64,000 nt of DNA from the human T2T-CHM13v2.0 reference genome, Homo sapiens, in assembly GCF_009914755.1 (NCBI RefSeq), contig NC_060930.1. One strand, given 5' to 3'. Position numbers and translations under genes: made by a program. Within the stretch, counting starts at the first letter, position 1; every line of letters begins with the position of its first letter. Under the pieces are notes generated by a model. It searched no databases. It saw only the letters and a program-made list of their open reading frames with translations, and was not told where the DNA came from. Shown here piece after piece: positions 14,862-27,818 of the stretch.

Positions 14862-17177
14862 GTGAGTCTTGTACTTGAAAAGAGGTGTACATGAGAGGGT
14901 ATGGCACTTGATTGATTCTTTCAACAATAAAGTTAGCAATTTCTTTTATTTTTAATTTGATTTTAATGCTCCTGTAAAGTTCAATTTTTTTTTTGAATTA
15001 TTACCATTAGTATTAATAAAATTGACACATAGTTTTCCAGAGATAGAAACGTTTGTCCTGAGTAATGGTTAAAGCCAGCAATGCACGGGCATTTGAAGAA
15101 GTGAAAGAGGGCAAATGTTTCCCAGTGTACTAATACAAGATGGCAACTGGTTACATGGGATAGATGGCCTTCTATTCTTTCAGTCTCTTAGGCTGAAGTT
15201 TCTAGATTTCCTCTGCCCAGAAGTGGTGTATTGGGGATTTGAGGAGAGACAGAGCCAGGCTGTCTTCCCCTGGATTCCCTCTGCTCTCTGCTGGTGCCCC
15301 GGGGTGCTATCTTTAGTGTGTAGGGCTCTCTTTTTCATACTAAGCACAGTGACCCCACACCTAACAACCATGACAGAACCTGCTTTCTACTTTTCTCTTT
15401 ATTTAGGATCGTAAAGTCCACATATTGCTCTATTAGACACGGAGAGTTTCGTGCTTTTTCTTTCCCCCCAACCTCCTTTTAGTGGGACGTAACTGTTCTT
15501 TTTTTGTGGTAGATGAATTGAACGATACTGCGCTGCAGCCTCCTTGTACCCTACGTGATGGCCTGGAATCTTGTGGTTTTAGAATTTACCTGTTAATCTC
15601 AGCAAACCACTTGTCCTAAAACAAATGCCATATATTCCTGGAATTTATTCAGCTATTACTGCATGAGATGCGGATTTTAGTCTTCATCTTGTCTGAGAAA
15701 TTTCTTCCTGTTGACCTCACACTCATTTCTACCTCTCCCTTTCTGTAGTCTGTGTTCATTCTTCCTCTTTGTTCTGCTTCCTCTTTCTGTAGATTTCTTC
15801 CATATATTGAGCTTTGATGGCTGTTAGTGGCATCTTCACTTTGCATTCCCATCAGAGCCCTTCCTCAAGAGAGCAGGAGGGCAAGAGAAGTGGGTTTTGT
15901 TGTGTTGATTTGCTTGAGTGAGATGCTATACAAGGGAAGTTCCCAAGCAGGAAAGAGTCTTTCCCACAAATGATTTTTCCACATAAGATACTTCTTATAA
16001 AATTTGATTTGCTGTAATTTTTTAACCTGTGGCCTGTACTTACCCCTTTGGAAATTTCCCACTGCAATTTGTCATCTTGAAAATCATTTATTGTACATTT
16101 TCTCAAAGAAATTTCTCAAATGACTATAGAAGTTTCTTATCTATGGTAGGAATCAGTGAAGTAGCATCTACTGAATCAACATTAGTTAATAAATATTTGC
16201 TTCGTGTTAGTAAAGTAAGAAGATGCCGGTAGTACACTTGCTTTTTCTTGTTGATTCATACTATTTTAGAACATGAGTTGAGAACACAATTTCCCCATTT
16301 TATAGATTGAGAAACTGAGGCCCAGGGCTTCAGAGCAAATCTTTTTAAGTCCAGAAGGCTTGAGATAGTGTCAGGACTATTTGTACCACTAGTTCTCCTG
16401 GTACTCTATTTGGACTTTTTCCTAGTACAAGCAACAGTGTTTACGCTTATCCGAAGGCAATATTTGAGTTGACTTTATGGTCTTTCACTAATCAGTGAGA
16501 CAGCCAGTCACTAGATGTTTGTTGAGGTTCTGTTGTCCTGCTGGTCTGTGCGAGAGATAGAGGGAAAGGAAAGGATTGGCCCTTTTCTTCCACAATTTTT
16601 AAAATTGTTTATTTTATGAAATTATAGAATTTTAGAGCCAGAAGGAGCCTCAGAGATCATTTGCTCAAGTTCTTGCCGTTTTTCAGATGAAGAAGCTAAT
16701 GCTCACAGACCCTTTGATTTATAGCTATCTGATAGCAGACCCAGGACACCAAAATCCTTAATAAGTTATTATTTTTCTTATTGCAAAAGATTATGTGTTT
16801 GTTGCAGGAAATTCAGAAAATACAGACAAAAGAATAAAAATCACCCATTAAACCTAATACACAAAAGTAGCTTCTTTTACCATTTGTAAAAGCCTGACTA
16901 CAGACTCTCTAGCTTTTTGCTATATATGTTTATGCTGTACTATCTTTACTATTTTATAATGGCTTCTTAAATTTAATGTTTTATGAACTTTTTTTGTCAC
17001 AGAATAGCCTGTACTTTTAATTTAAATGGCTGCTATATCATTTGTAGCAGCATCTTCACAGTTATCATTAGCAATTACTGGGTGCTTACTATCGGTTAAT
17101 CACTGTGCTTAACACCTCAAAAGAATTATCTTTTGAATAATGTAATAACCCAGTGAGGTGTTGGTCTTATATAATAC

Positions 17178-17381
17178 AAATTTTGAGTATCCCTAATCTA
17201 CATGCTCCAGAGTCTGAGGCCTTTTGAATACAGACATGATGCTCCAAGGAAATGCTAATTGGAGCATTTTGAACCTCAGATTTTTGGATTTGTGGTGCTT
17301 ACTCAGAAAGTATAATGCAAATATTCCAAAATCCAAAACACTTCTGGTCCCAAGCATTTCAGATAAAGGACTTTAAACCTG
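17178..17381 (+). mobile_element. Tigger4a/MER46A (Zombi) MITE
   Basis: ttgagtatccctaatc...ggaaatgctaattggagcattt...cacttctggtcccaagcatttcagataa...aacctg. Confidence 0.8.
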
Positions 17382-17756
17382 TACTTATTTTACAGCTGAG
17401 GAAACTGGCTCAGAGAAGTTTTACGGCTTTCAATTTTAAATGTCTCAGTCACATGTATATTAGAAAGTGGCTTCACATGTATGCCAGCTGGTGAACTATT
17501 TCTTGCGGACATTCTTGTTTATGAATACCAAGACAAGGTGGAAATGGGACGCCAGTGGTAGACAAGTGGGCCATTTTAATGTCTTAGTCTTGGTTGTGGT
17601 GGTTAATAGTCTTTGAGAATTTATTTGTTCTCAGACTATTGCAGCACAGCATGGTGGACAAAAGCAGAATCTTGGTTGCTTGATCACCCGGACTCCAGTC
17701 CTGGTTCCGCTATCTTCTGCGTATGCAGCCTCCATATCTCGTTTCTCTATCTGTAA

Positions 17757-18131
<375 letters not shown>

Positions 18132-18409
18132 TAAAGTCAGGATTTCTTCCCAACACTTACTACTTTTTTTCTTGACTTAAATCTTAAAGCAAAATTAAAT
18201 AATTACATTGTTGACATATCCTTATTAAATGGTGTGCCCATTTTTAGGACCCTGAGTCTTAGATTAAATGATTGTCTCAAGTCGTGTAGCTACTGTTCCT
18301 GCTTCTGTCCTGCCTGGACTACACATTTCCTTGTATGTCTTCCTAGTCCTTCGCTTTATCTCACTACATAATGCTGCTAGTACATTTTTTTTGTTACTGT
18401 TGCTGTTGC

Positions 18410-18548
18410 CTGTCTTTCCTTCCTTCCATCCTTCCTTTCATCCTCTTCCTTTCTTTTCTTTCTTCTGCCTTTCTCACGCTTTCTCTCCTCACTTCCTTTT
18501 TTCCTTTCCTCCCTCTGTTCTTTCCTTATTTCTCCTCCATTCTTTCCA
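18410..18548. repeat. CT-rich low-complexity tract
   Basis: About 140 nt that are almost purely pyrimidine. Confidence 0.8.
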
Positions 18549-19004
18549 TTGAATCAGCATTTGAGTGACTCCATAGGCATGTGCTCTTTTGGAAGATGAA
18601 TAAGACCTAGTTCCAGGTCAAGTAGGGAGTACACAAATGACCAACAGTACAGGCTCATCTGGATGCACACAGGAGGCAGTATTGAGAAGACCTGGGCTTG
18701 GGAAGACTTCTGGAACAAGTGACATTTGTGCTGTGACCTCAAAGCTGAGTCAGGAAGACTAGTATTTCAGACTAGCATGTGACTCATAATAATATATTGG
18801 CCCCCTCAGTATTTTGAGGAGCTTTTTAGAATTAATTAGATTGGTCAGATTTATTTAAAAAGCTGTCCAAGGAAATGTGAACTGTTACATTATTTCTTTC
18901 TCACTGCAACAGACAAAGGATCTCTGAGTCATACTATTAACTTTAGAACTGCGGTCAGAGTTGGACTCATCTTTTAAATAGTCACCAATAACATTTGCAT
19001 TTTT

Positions 19005-19608
19005 CAGATTATCTATTGTTGTGTAACAAACCACTGTGAAACTTAGTGGCATGAAAGAGCAATTATTTTATTGCTCATGATTCTGTGGTTCAGGTGTGTA
19101 GGCAGGGTACAGGTCATCCCTGTCCCAGGATGTCTGGAGCCTTGGCTGGAATAGCTCAGTTGGCTGGAAACATCCTGGCTTGGCTGGGGCCCTAAGTCTG
19201 AGCCCTCATTTTTTTTGTCTGCATAGTGTCTGCTGGATGTCAAACATCCACGATGGCTCCCTCACTCACATATGTGTCTGTTCACTTGGGCTGAGAGAGC
19301 AGGAACAGCTGAGGGCTGCTGGCACAGTTTTCTTTCCATGTGATCTTCCTCATGGCTAGCCCAGGGTGGTCCTTGGGTAATTGGACTTCTTACACGGCAG
19401 CTGTCTTTCCTCAGAGCCAGTGTTTTGAGAGACTGAGGTGGAAATCGCAGGCCTTCTTAGGCCTTAGCTTCCGCGGTTGTGCAGTGTCACTTCTGTTGTG
19501 TTCTTTTAGTTCCATGAGGCTGGCCCAAATTCACTGTGGGAGGCGACTGCTCAAGGCAGCGGTACCAGGTCGGGTTTGTAGGTTACTTTGGGAAGTTAAC
19601 TGCTACAT
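19005..19608. mobile_element. MLT1-type MaLR LTR remnant
   Basis: tatctattgttgtgtaacaaaccac...aacttagtggc...ttattgctcatgattctgtgg. Confidence 0.7.
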
Positions 19609-20859
19609 GCATTCATTGTAAAGCTTTGGGGAATTAGAATCTGGTCAGTCATACTGTCTTTGCTTCCCCTAGCTCCGAACCCGCAAAAATGCAAAAAAAA
19701 AAAAAAAAAAAAACATCAAGTACATCCCTGAAGGAATGTAAGGACTCAGAAAGGTAACTGAGGGGACTATTTAGAGGAAGAGATAAGAACCAGCAATACT
19801 GGCTTTTTAGCTATGGTAGCCATGCTCATGAACTGATTATACAGGTATGATTCTTGCAATGTTATTACCTCTGTAGGCTCAGAGTAGCTACTATTGTCAT
19901 GTATTTGTTTTTTATAATTGTAAATTCAGATCTTGAGAAAATTGATAGCCCTAATTGTGGTGCATATGTGTGATTAGACAATTGACTCATTGAAATTATT
20001 TGATGGAATTATAATAGTGCTAATTTCCTGCAAATCATTACCAGTGACATGTTAGAATGGGAAGTTATAGACAGGAGAAATTAGAGATAAAACATTGGTA
20101 CTAAGAAGAATGCCTGTAAATAAGCTCTTAGTTTTGTAAAGATAAGAGAGATGCACACCATAAATACAGCATTATGGAATTTTACAAAGTTAGTTGAATT
20201 AGAACATCCAACATATAACTGCTCTTTTCCACTTAGTAATAGGTGGAGGCCATTGTTCTGTGTAAGGACATTTAAAGTAAGGTATTGTTTGGATCATTAT
20301 AACCATGTTCCCTATAGTGTGTTTCCATAGTTTCAAACAAAAAATACTATTGCGGGGAGCATCTCTGTTCATTTATCTTTACTCATATATGGAGTATTTT
20401 TGTAGATTAGATACCTAGTGGTGGAATTGCTGTATTGAATGGTATGTGTGTTTTAATTTGGTAGATATTGTGCGTGTCATTCTGCAAAAGGACAGTTCAT
20501 TTTGATACTCCTACCAACAATGTATGAATACCTCGTTTCTTTGTATTTTCTGTATTAGTAATATAAAAATCTGCCAGTTTAGCTGTTTAAATTTGCCTAT
20601 TTCTCATTTTATATTTATCTTTACTAAGGAGAATATAGTTGGGGATTGTGGTTGAATGCATAAGGCCAGTATGAAATTTACTGGAAATATGAGGCTACAT
20701 ACAAGTACTATATATAGACATTTACATGGTGTGTGTGCAACCTACACACACACAGATATATACAGCTTCAGAAATGTCTCACTTGAATCACAGTATTTAA
20801 TTGAATGCAACTATTTAGAAAACGTGAGGAATCAAAGAAAGTTATCAAAGCCCTATTTA

Positions 20860-21008
20860 TATTGCAATCACGAGGATTGTGGGTCCCTGGAAACTGAATG
20901 CAGATTTTATTATGTGCATGTGTGCATTTTTGTAAGGAGTCCATGGTTTTCATCAGATTCGCAAATGTAGTCTGTGACCCAAATAAGGTTAAGAAGCATT
21001 GACCTAGA
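20860..21008. mobile_element. hAT-Charlie-like MER remnant
   Basis: End motif tttcatcagattc...gtgacccaaataaggttaagaagcattg. Confidence 0.45.
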
Positions 21009-21339
21009 TAACATTTACCATGAATTTAACAAAACTGCTCATCCTGACATGAGTTGCACTCAAAGGATAAAGCCATCAGATGCATAGCAAATTCAAAATT
21101 AGTGCAAAGGCTACAAGGTCTCTTCCACACTAGCCAAGAACAGAGATAGTCCCCCAACTCCACATTTGCTGGTTTTACAGAAAAGACTTTTTAAAAGGTC
21201 ATAAATGTCAACAAGTTTGTTCAGTAAGAGGATATTATCTTTGTGCAAATAGGGATAGAAGGGAGGCAGTGACTCCTGTGAGGTCCACCCACTTTCTCCC
21301 CATTGATCAAACACTGTTCTGCATGCTGCTGGCCAGTGG

Positions 21340-22640
21340 GTTCTGCAGGTGCAGTTAACCTCCCTAACCTGTTGATGTTGAGTTAATGAAAGGGAGATTG
21401 TCTTCCACGGGCTGGCTTAATCAGAAGCCTGGGAGCCACCTGGAGGAGAAGGTGAAGCAGCCATGTCCAGAGTGTGAGTAGGAGAAGGCTTTGGGTAGGA
21501 GAAGGCCAAGGTGGAGCAGAGCTAGAACTGCTGCCCTGGAAGGAGGGCCTGGTGGCTTCCAGCCCAAGGAATAGCAGGAGGACCAGCCCTACCTCCAGCA
21601 CCTGCCCAAGGAACATATAGCTCTAGGATTCACTTTCTCAGGACCCAACCTGACTACCTATCGGCAAATCCATGAATGCTGACCACGCTGATGCCTTCCC
21701 AGCACCTGTCTGTGGGTAACTATCTCTTAACAGGAGCCCCTGGGGGCTGGAGTGCAGGCTACTGGCATCTCTACGCTGCCAGTCATCCCTGGTCCTTCCC
21801 CTAACCCTGCCGAGGCCCAGGACCCTCAGCCCACAGGCATCTGTGAGGGAGCAAGGAAGTGAACCCCTGAGATACGGCCATTTGCAGGGCTGTCGCATGG
21901 AGGACTTGCCTCTAGGGGCTCAGCTGGTATGGGGGCAAGGGTAGGGCCAGGAGCCTGTTGTCGGCTAAGGCTCCAGAGAGGACCACGGCCATTGCAGCAG
22001 CAGCTTTAGATCTGGTGACTTTCAGGAGCACAGGAAATCATCTTCCTGATGCCTCGGACATGGCCCCCAGGTGCACTTGGGCCTCAAGTGGGGCTGCCCT
22101 GTGCAGCCACTCCCACTACAGCTTGTGCAGGGCTTTAAGCCCAGTGCCTTGTCTTGGACCTTTTAGACCAGTGTGGCTGTTACATAGAGAGTTGACGAGC
22201 AGAAACTGGTATCTCCACTTCAGGTGTGGGCTACTTGTGATACCAGACGGACAGAAGGTGGACAGACTCCAACCATGGACAGGCAGATGCTCTCAGGGAG
22301 GGTAAAGGCCTTGAGTTATTGTTTCTTTTTTTTTTTTTTTTTTTTCTTTTTTTTAGAGATGGGGTCTCGCTATGTTGCCCAGACTGGCCCGGAACCTCTG
22401 GACTCAAGTGATCCTCCCACCTCAGCTTCCAGAGTAGCTGACCCTCCTGGTGCGTGTCACCACCACAAGTTTCAGGCCTTCTTTTAAAGGGCTTTTATGT
22501 GATTAAGTCAGGCCCACTCAAGAAAATCTCCCTTTTGATTAAACAAAAATGAGCTGGCTAAGGACTTGAATTATATCTACACAGTCCCTTCTTAGCAGCA
22601 GGATGTTAGTGTATGTTTGAACAGTGGAGAGAAGAGGCTG
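21340..22640. mobile_element. Degenerate MLT (MaLR/ERVL) LTR fragments
   Basis: gagttaatgaaagggagatt near 21380 and the opposite-strand motif aatctcccttttgattaa near 22525. Confidence 0.4.
22322..22466 (-). mobile_element. FLAM/Alu monomer
   Basis: Poly-T + agagatggggtctcgctatgttgcccag. Confidence 0.85.
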
Positions 22641-23318
22641 CGTACTACAAAATGGCTGCTGCATCTCATGGCCCAGCCTTCACCAAAAGCTGAAAATTCC
22701 TGTCTTATTGGGAAAACTTTCTTAATTTATATGATAGTTTAAAAAAAGGCATTTTATCTAAAGACTGTGTTTGAGTGTTGGGTAAGGATGATTAGCTCTG
22801 CATTACCTGAAAGTCTGCTATCTGACGTCCCAGTTGATGTAACCTACCAGGTAAACTCGAGTGAACTCAGTGAACAGGCTTGATTTCATACTGTGGTGAG
22901 TGTTAAGTTTAACACCACAGGAGCTAGCTGCGGTGTTATTTGAGATTATGCTTTTGGATAATGGTAGTCATTACCAATTTATAGCAATTAAGATTTTGAT
23001 ACGTTTTGGACAATATTTAGTCAAATATAACTGTTTGTTCTTAAGGTTGGTTTAAGAGACAGTCAAACCATTTTTTTCCTTAAATGTTTGTTTTCTTTTT
23101 AATATAGCAGAAGGAAGTACATTCAGTTTATCTCATAGTTTAAGTAGGTGAAATAGGAATTTAAAAGACACCCAAGCCAAAACCCTTTCCAGGGCATTGC
23201 TGGGCGATCATTGTCAGCTTCATTTTGCATTTCTATTCTAGCACTGCCATAGCGGGATGGTCATCAGCCATAGCTGGGTTACAGAAGTAGAGCAAATATT
23301 TTGCAATTTATATGAGAA

Positions 23319-23320
<2 letters not shown>

Positions 23321-23349
<29 letters not shown>

Positions 23350-23428
23350 CCCTGTTAGGAAATATCTCAAGGTGTGTGTGTGTGCATGCATGCGTGTGCC
23401 TATATATATGTGTGTGTAAATGTGTGTA
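23321..23428. repeat. (CA)n followed by (TG)n microsatellites
   Basis: Directly visible. Confidence 0.9.
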
Positions 23429-25043
23429 TCTGCTAACAGTAGTGAAATTAGAATGTTTGCTTTTTAAAGAATATCATACTGATGTAAAATGGAGCTGGTA
23501 AAATGGTTACAAATCAGATTCAATCTATATAGCTAGTGAAATGTTTGTGTCAACCAGAGTGGATTTAAATCCATATTTCAGCTCTTTAGTCTAAACTTAG
23601 CCTGACTTTCAGGGTCCTGGTTTGTGTTTCCAGGCTTCCATATACAGGCTCAGTGTTCAGCCACACTCTTTTCTTTGCTGCCCTTGTGTCTCTTCTTTGC
23701 TGGCTTCAGATATGCTCTTGCCTTCTTTACTTCCCTTATTTAAGCTTCCATTCTTCGAGGCCCCAAATCAAGTACTTGCTTTTACTTTAAGCCTTTACAG
23801 ACTAGTTAGCCTGTGTAATCTTTTGTGGTACTCGCTGTCTTAGCCTTTCCTTGGTCAGTTGGTACTGCCTTGCAAACACCTTTGACAAGTCCAAGGATGG
23901 TGTGGTGGCACCAACTTGGGCTAGGACCCCTGTTCTGACATTAACCATGTGTCTAACCATCTGTGTTCTGTGATAATCTTCATCATCATGTTGTTACGAA
24001 AATTATGACAATGTCTGTGAAGCCCTTACCTGGAAAATGGAAGCTGGATAAAGCAATTTCTCAAAATGTGGAGCCATTGTAGCCATGTCAGAGATACGTG
24101 CACTTTAGCAGGAACGCAGTGATTTCGAACATACACTGAAATTTGAGAAGCTTGAGCTAGATGATCTCTAAGTCCCTTCAGGTTGCTGACTTGTCTGGTA
24201 TTCTAGTTCATCATTACTCTGAAGATCATCTCATACTTAAAGATTATCCATCTGTTTACATCTCATTTGAGAGCTCAAATAAGGCTGGTTTCTAAAATTT
24301 GGACAATATGTATATGGGAGAACATAAAAATTGCAAGAGTTTGATTAAAAATACAATTAATACATATTCTAAAGAGCCATTTTTAGTTGTAGATGGTGGG
24401 AATTCATTTGTTTGTCTTATATCCGTCAGATGAACCATATTGCTTGTCATTGGTTCCTTTCAGTTTCATTATAAAGTTTTCTTTTAAAAAAATTTTTATG
24501 TTCTTCTGATTTTACCAGAATTATTGGTGATTGGCCAAAGGAAAAAGTGTTCCAGAGGTTTGCTTTAATTGTGCTACAAAAATCACACCATTTCATTTAT
24601 AGTCACTTGGGAGATCAGGTGTCCCATTCATCAAGTTATTAAGAACTATTTTTGTAGTCCTGTAATTAGAACTTGCCAAATAAAACATTCTATATAGCTA
24701 ACTCCTGTACTTTTTATTCATTTTCCTTTTCAGAATTCTGCTCTGTTTCCATTTGACTTTTGTTAATTGCAAAGGAATTTAGTATTAATAGGAAACCAAA
24801 AAACAAGCACACCTGTCCATCAGTAATAGGCTTTTGGTTGTTATTAAAAAGTTCCTTAGTCATGTCAGAGTGGGTAAAGACAAAATGTAAAAATGCTCAG
24901 GGAAATGACTAAGTCTATAGACTACCCCCGCACCCAACACCCTAGTGTTGTTCTCAGATCTCCCTTAAGTCATAAGTCCCTTATGATTTTATAGAGGCCT
25001 AACTGGTCATCAGTTGCCAGAAAGCACTCTTGGATTTACTCTC

Positions 25044-25431
25044 TGTGTCAGTCCATTTTGCGTTGGCTATAAAGGAATACTTGAGACTGGGTAATGTGTA
25101 AAGAAAGAGGTGTATTTGGCTCATGGTTCTGTATGCTATACAAGCGTGGCACCAATATCAACTCAGCTTCTGGTGAAGCCTCAAGAAGCTTTTACTCATG
25201 GTGGAAGGTGAAGAGGAAGCAGGCATGTCACATGGAGAGAGAGGGAACAAGAGAGAGCTCTCACATGAACTAATAGAGCGAGGACTGGCTGGTTCCCGTG
25301 GGGAGGGCACTAAGCCATCCATGAGGAATCTGCCCCCATGACCCAGACATCTCTCATCAGGCCCCACTTCCAACACTGGGGGTCACATTTCAGCATGAGA
25401 TTTGGAGGGGGCAAATATACAAACCAAATCA
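25044..25431. mobile_element. MSTB-like MaLR solo LTR
   Basis: gtccattttgcgttggctataaaggaatacttgagactgggtaa...catgagatttggagggg. Confidence 0.85.
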
Positions 25432-27520
25432 CCCTCTCCTTCTGTCACAAGTATATTATTCTAAAAATGTAGCTACTGCTGAGGTAGAGTAATTGGTATA
25501 TCCTTTTTGCACAGTAGCTAGACACGAGTTTGTCTATTTTAAGTTCGAATTGCGTCATTATTTAAACTAAGATGTATGAATTTATATTTTGTGTATATTT
25601 TTCCAAAACCAACTTGGGTTTTGTTTTGGGGTGGGGGGGAACAAAAAGCTTCTCTGTCCCATCTTGCTCCTTTCCCAATTTGCTTTTCCTTAAACCTACT
25701 ATGTAGGTCCAAATATTAAACCATTGCTTTATCTGAACACAAAATTTCAAAAAATTGTGTAATAGACTGTTTTGTATGCTGTGAGATAAACTTAACAAGA
25801 TTTGTATTTAACCTATAAAAGTTACTTTTTCAGGCTTGCTGAAATGAGATTATGTTTATGTGGAAAAATGGGATTGTGGCATTTTTTCTTAGATTGCTTT
25901 CATTGTTGGAATAAAGGTCTAGGGTGAGAAGCTTCATCTGTTATTATTTTCATGTTTTGCCCCTGGTAAGTGTAGCACAGATTTGGAATAATGCTTGTAG
26001 CCAGTCTTCTGGGACTATTAAAGTCATTTAATCCTTAGTTTTCACTTAGGACCTTTCAATCATAGATTAGAAGAACTTGAATAAATTATATAAGAAAAGT
26101 AATATTTTTTCACTCTCAACTATTACTTTCCAATTATAAATTGTATGCAGATAGTCTGTGGCCATTATCAATAATGCACCACATTAGTTCTATAAAGTAT
26201 TTTAAAAAGCCCAACGCCTGAGCCAACAAGATTGTTTTTTATTTCACAATTTTTTGTTTTCTTTGACTCAAAATCATTTATTTGGGTGTACATAATAGTT
26301 AATACACATTCTATTCTAGGTCTTCATTGCCTTTCTTCTGCACACTTTTCTTGGATGTTCTTATCTACTATCACGATATTAAATAATATCTGTACATACT
26401 AATAATTTCCAAATCCATTTCTCTGGATTTCTCTCCTAAGCCCAACATGTGTGTTTTTTTAGTTACCTATAGATATTTCCACGTGTATGTCCCATAGGCA
26501 CGTCAAATTCAGTGTATTAGAAACTGAACTCATTTTCTTTACCTCCAGTCCTACACAGTGATACAATGTATATGTCATTTTGTGTTTCCCAGTAATAAAG
26601 TATAATATGAATTATCTTGAAAAATATAGTGGAGTTAAATGTGGAAGCACTGGTCATTTTTGGTTTCAAAATACCATGGGTTAACCAAATAGTATGTATG
26701 TGCTCTGTTAATAAAGGTATAAAAAACACAGTTAAACGCATCAGAGCAAGAGAATTAAAGTTGGTCTAAGCAATTTTTTTATATAAATAAGAGTTGATAA
26801 GCATTTATAGCTAGAAACAATAAAACTGTGAAGAAATTTTCTTAAATGGACTATATGAAAAGTTTAAAGACATTTAGAAGTAGATTAGTACTAAAGATAA
26901 AAATTCTATCTTAAAAATTTTAAATTTAAAAAATAATAATAATAGTAGTTTGTATACTAAAATACAGCAAAAAATCTCTATGGACAGATTGGTTTAAAAC
27001 CTTTTTTGATGGATCATAAAGTAAATTTAAGGCAAGTTTAATATAAGAAAAACCAAGCTATAAGTGCTCTTTGGGAAATTTGTTTAAAAATCCTTATTTT
27101 AAGACTAATTTGAATCGGTTAGGAAGTAAATTGGTTTTAAGCAAATTTTCATTGGTGCCTTGGTTTGTGGTATATTGGTTTGTAACCCATGTAAATATAC
27201 CCTATTCCATCAAATCTGAAGATATACTAATATGTCTTTAGATATTACATTCACAACTAATCTCTTATATATTCCCAACTAATCACCTAAAACTAGGTGA
27301 TATTATATACTAAGAAAATTATATAATAATTTCTTAGTATAATTATTATATTAATATATATAATAAAATTCTTAGTATATAAGAAATATATACTAAGAGA
27401 TTATAATATATTCTAAGGTAAAAACAGCTTATAATTGATGGTGTGTTCTTATAATTGGAATTTTTATTTATTTAAAGAGATCTTTTATACTTTCTGATAT
27501 GTAGATATATATTTCACTTA

Positions 27521-27523
<3 letters not shown>

Positions 27524-27553
<30 letters not shown>
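27524..27553. repeat. (AT)n microsatellite
   Basis: About 15 perfect units. Confidence 0.92.
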
Positions 27554-27556
<3 letters not shown>

Positions 27557-27566
27557 TAAAAAAATG

Positions 27567-27818
27567 GGCCAGGCATAGTGGCTCATGCCTGTAATCTCAG
27601 CACTTTGGGAGACAGAGGTGGGAGGATTGTTTGAGCCCAGGAATTTGGGACCAGCTTAGGAAACATAGTGGGATCCTGTCTCTACCCAAAAAAAAAAATT
27701 AGCTGGGTGTGGTGATGCGTGCCTGTGGTTCTAGCTACTTGGGAGGCTGAGGCGGGAGGATCACTCGAGCCCAGGAAGTTGAGGCTGCACTCCAGCCTGT
27801 CTCAGAAAAAAAGAAAAA
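27567..27818 (+). mobile_element. Alu (AluJ-like) with two 3' internal deletions; the only sense Alu seen in intron 2
   Basis: ggccaggcatagtggctcatgcc...gaggctgcactccagcctgtctcag. Confidence 0.9.
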
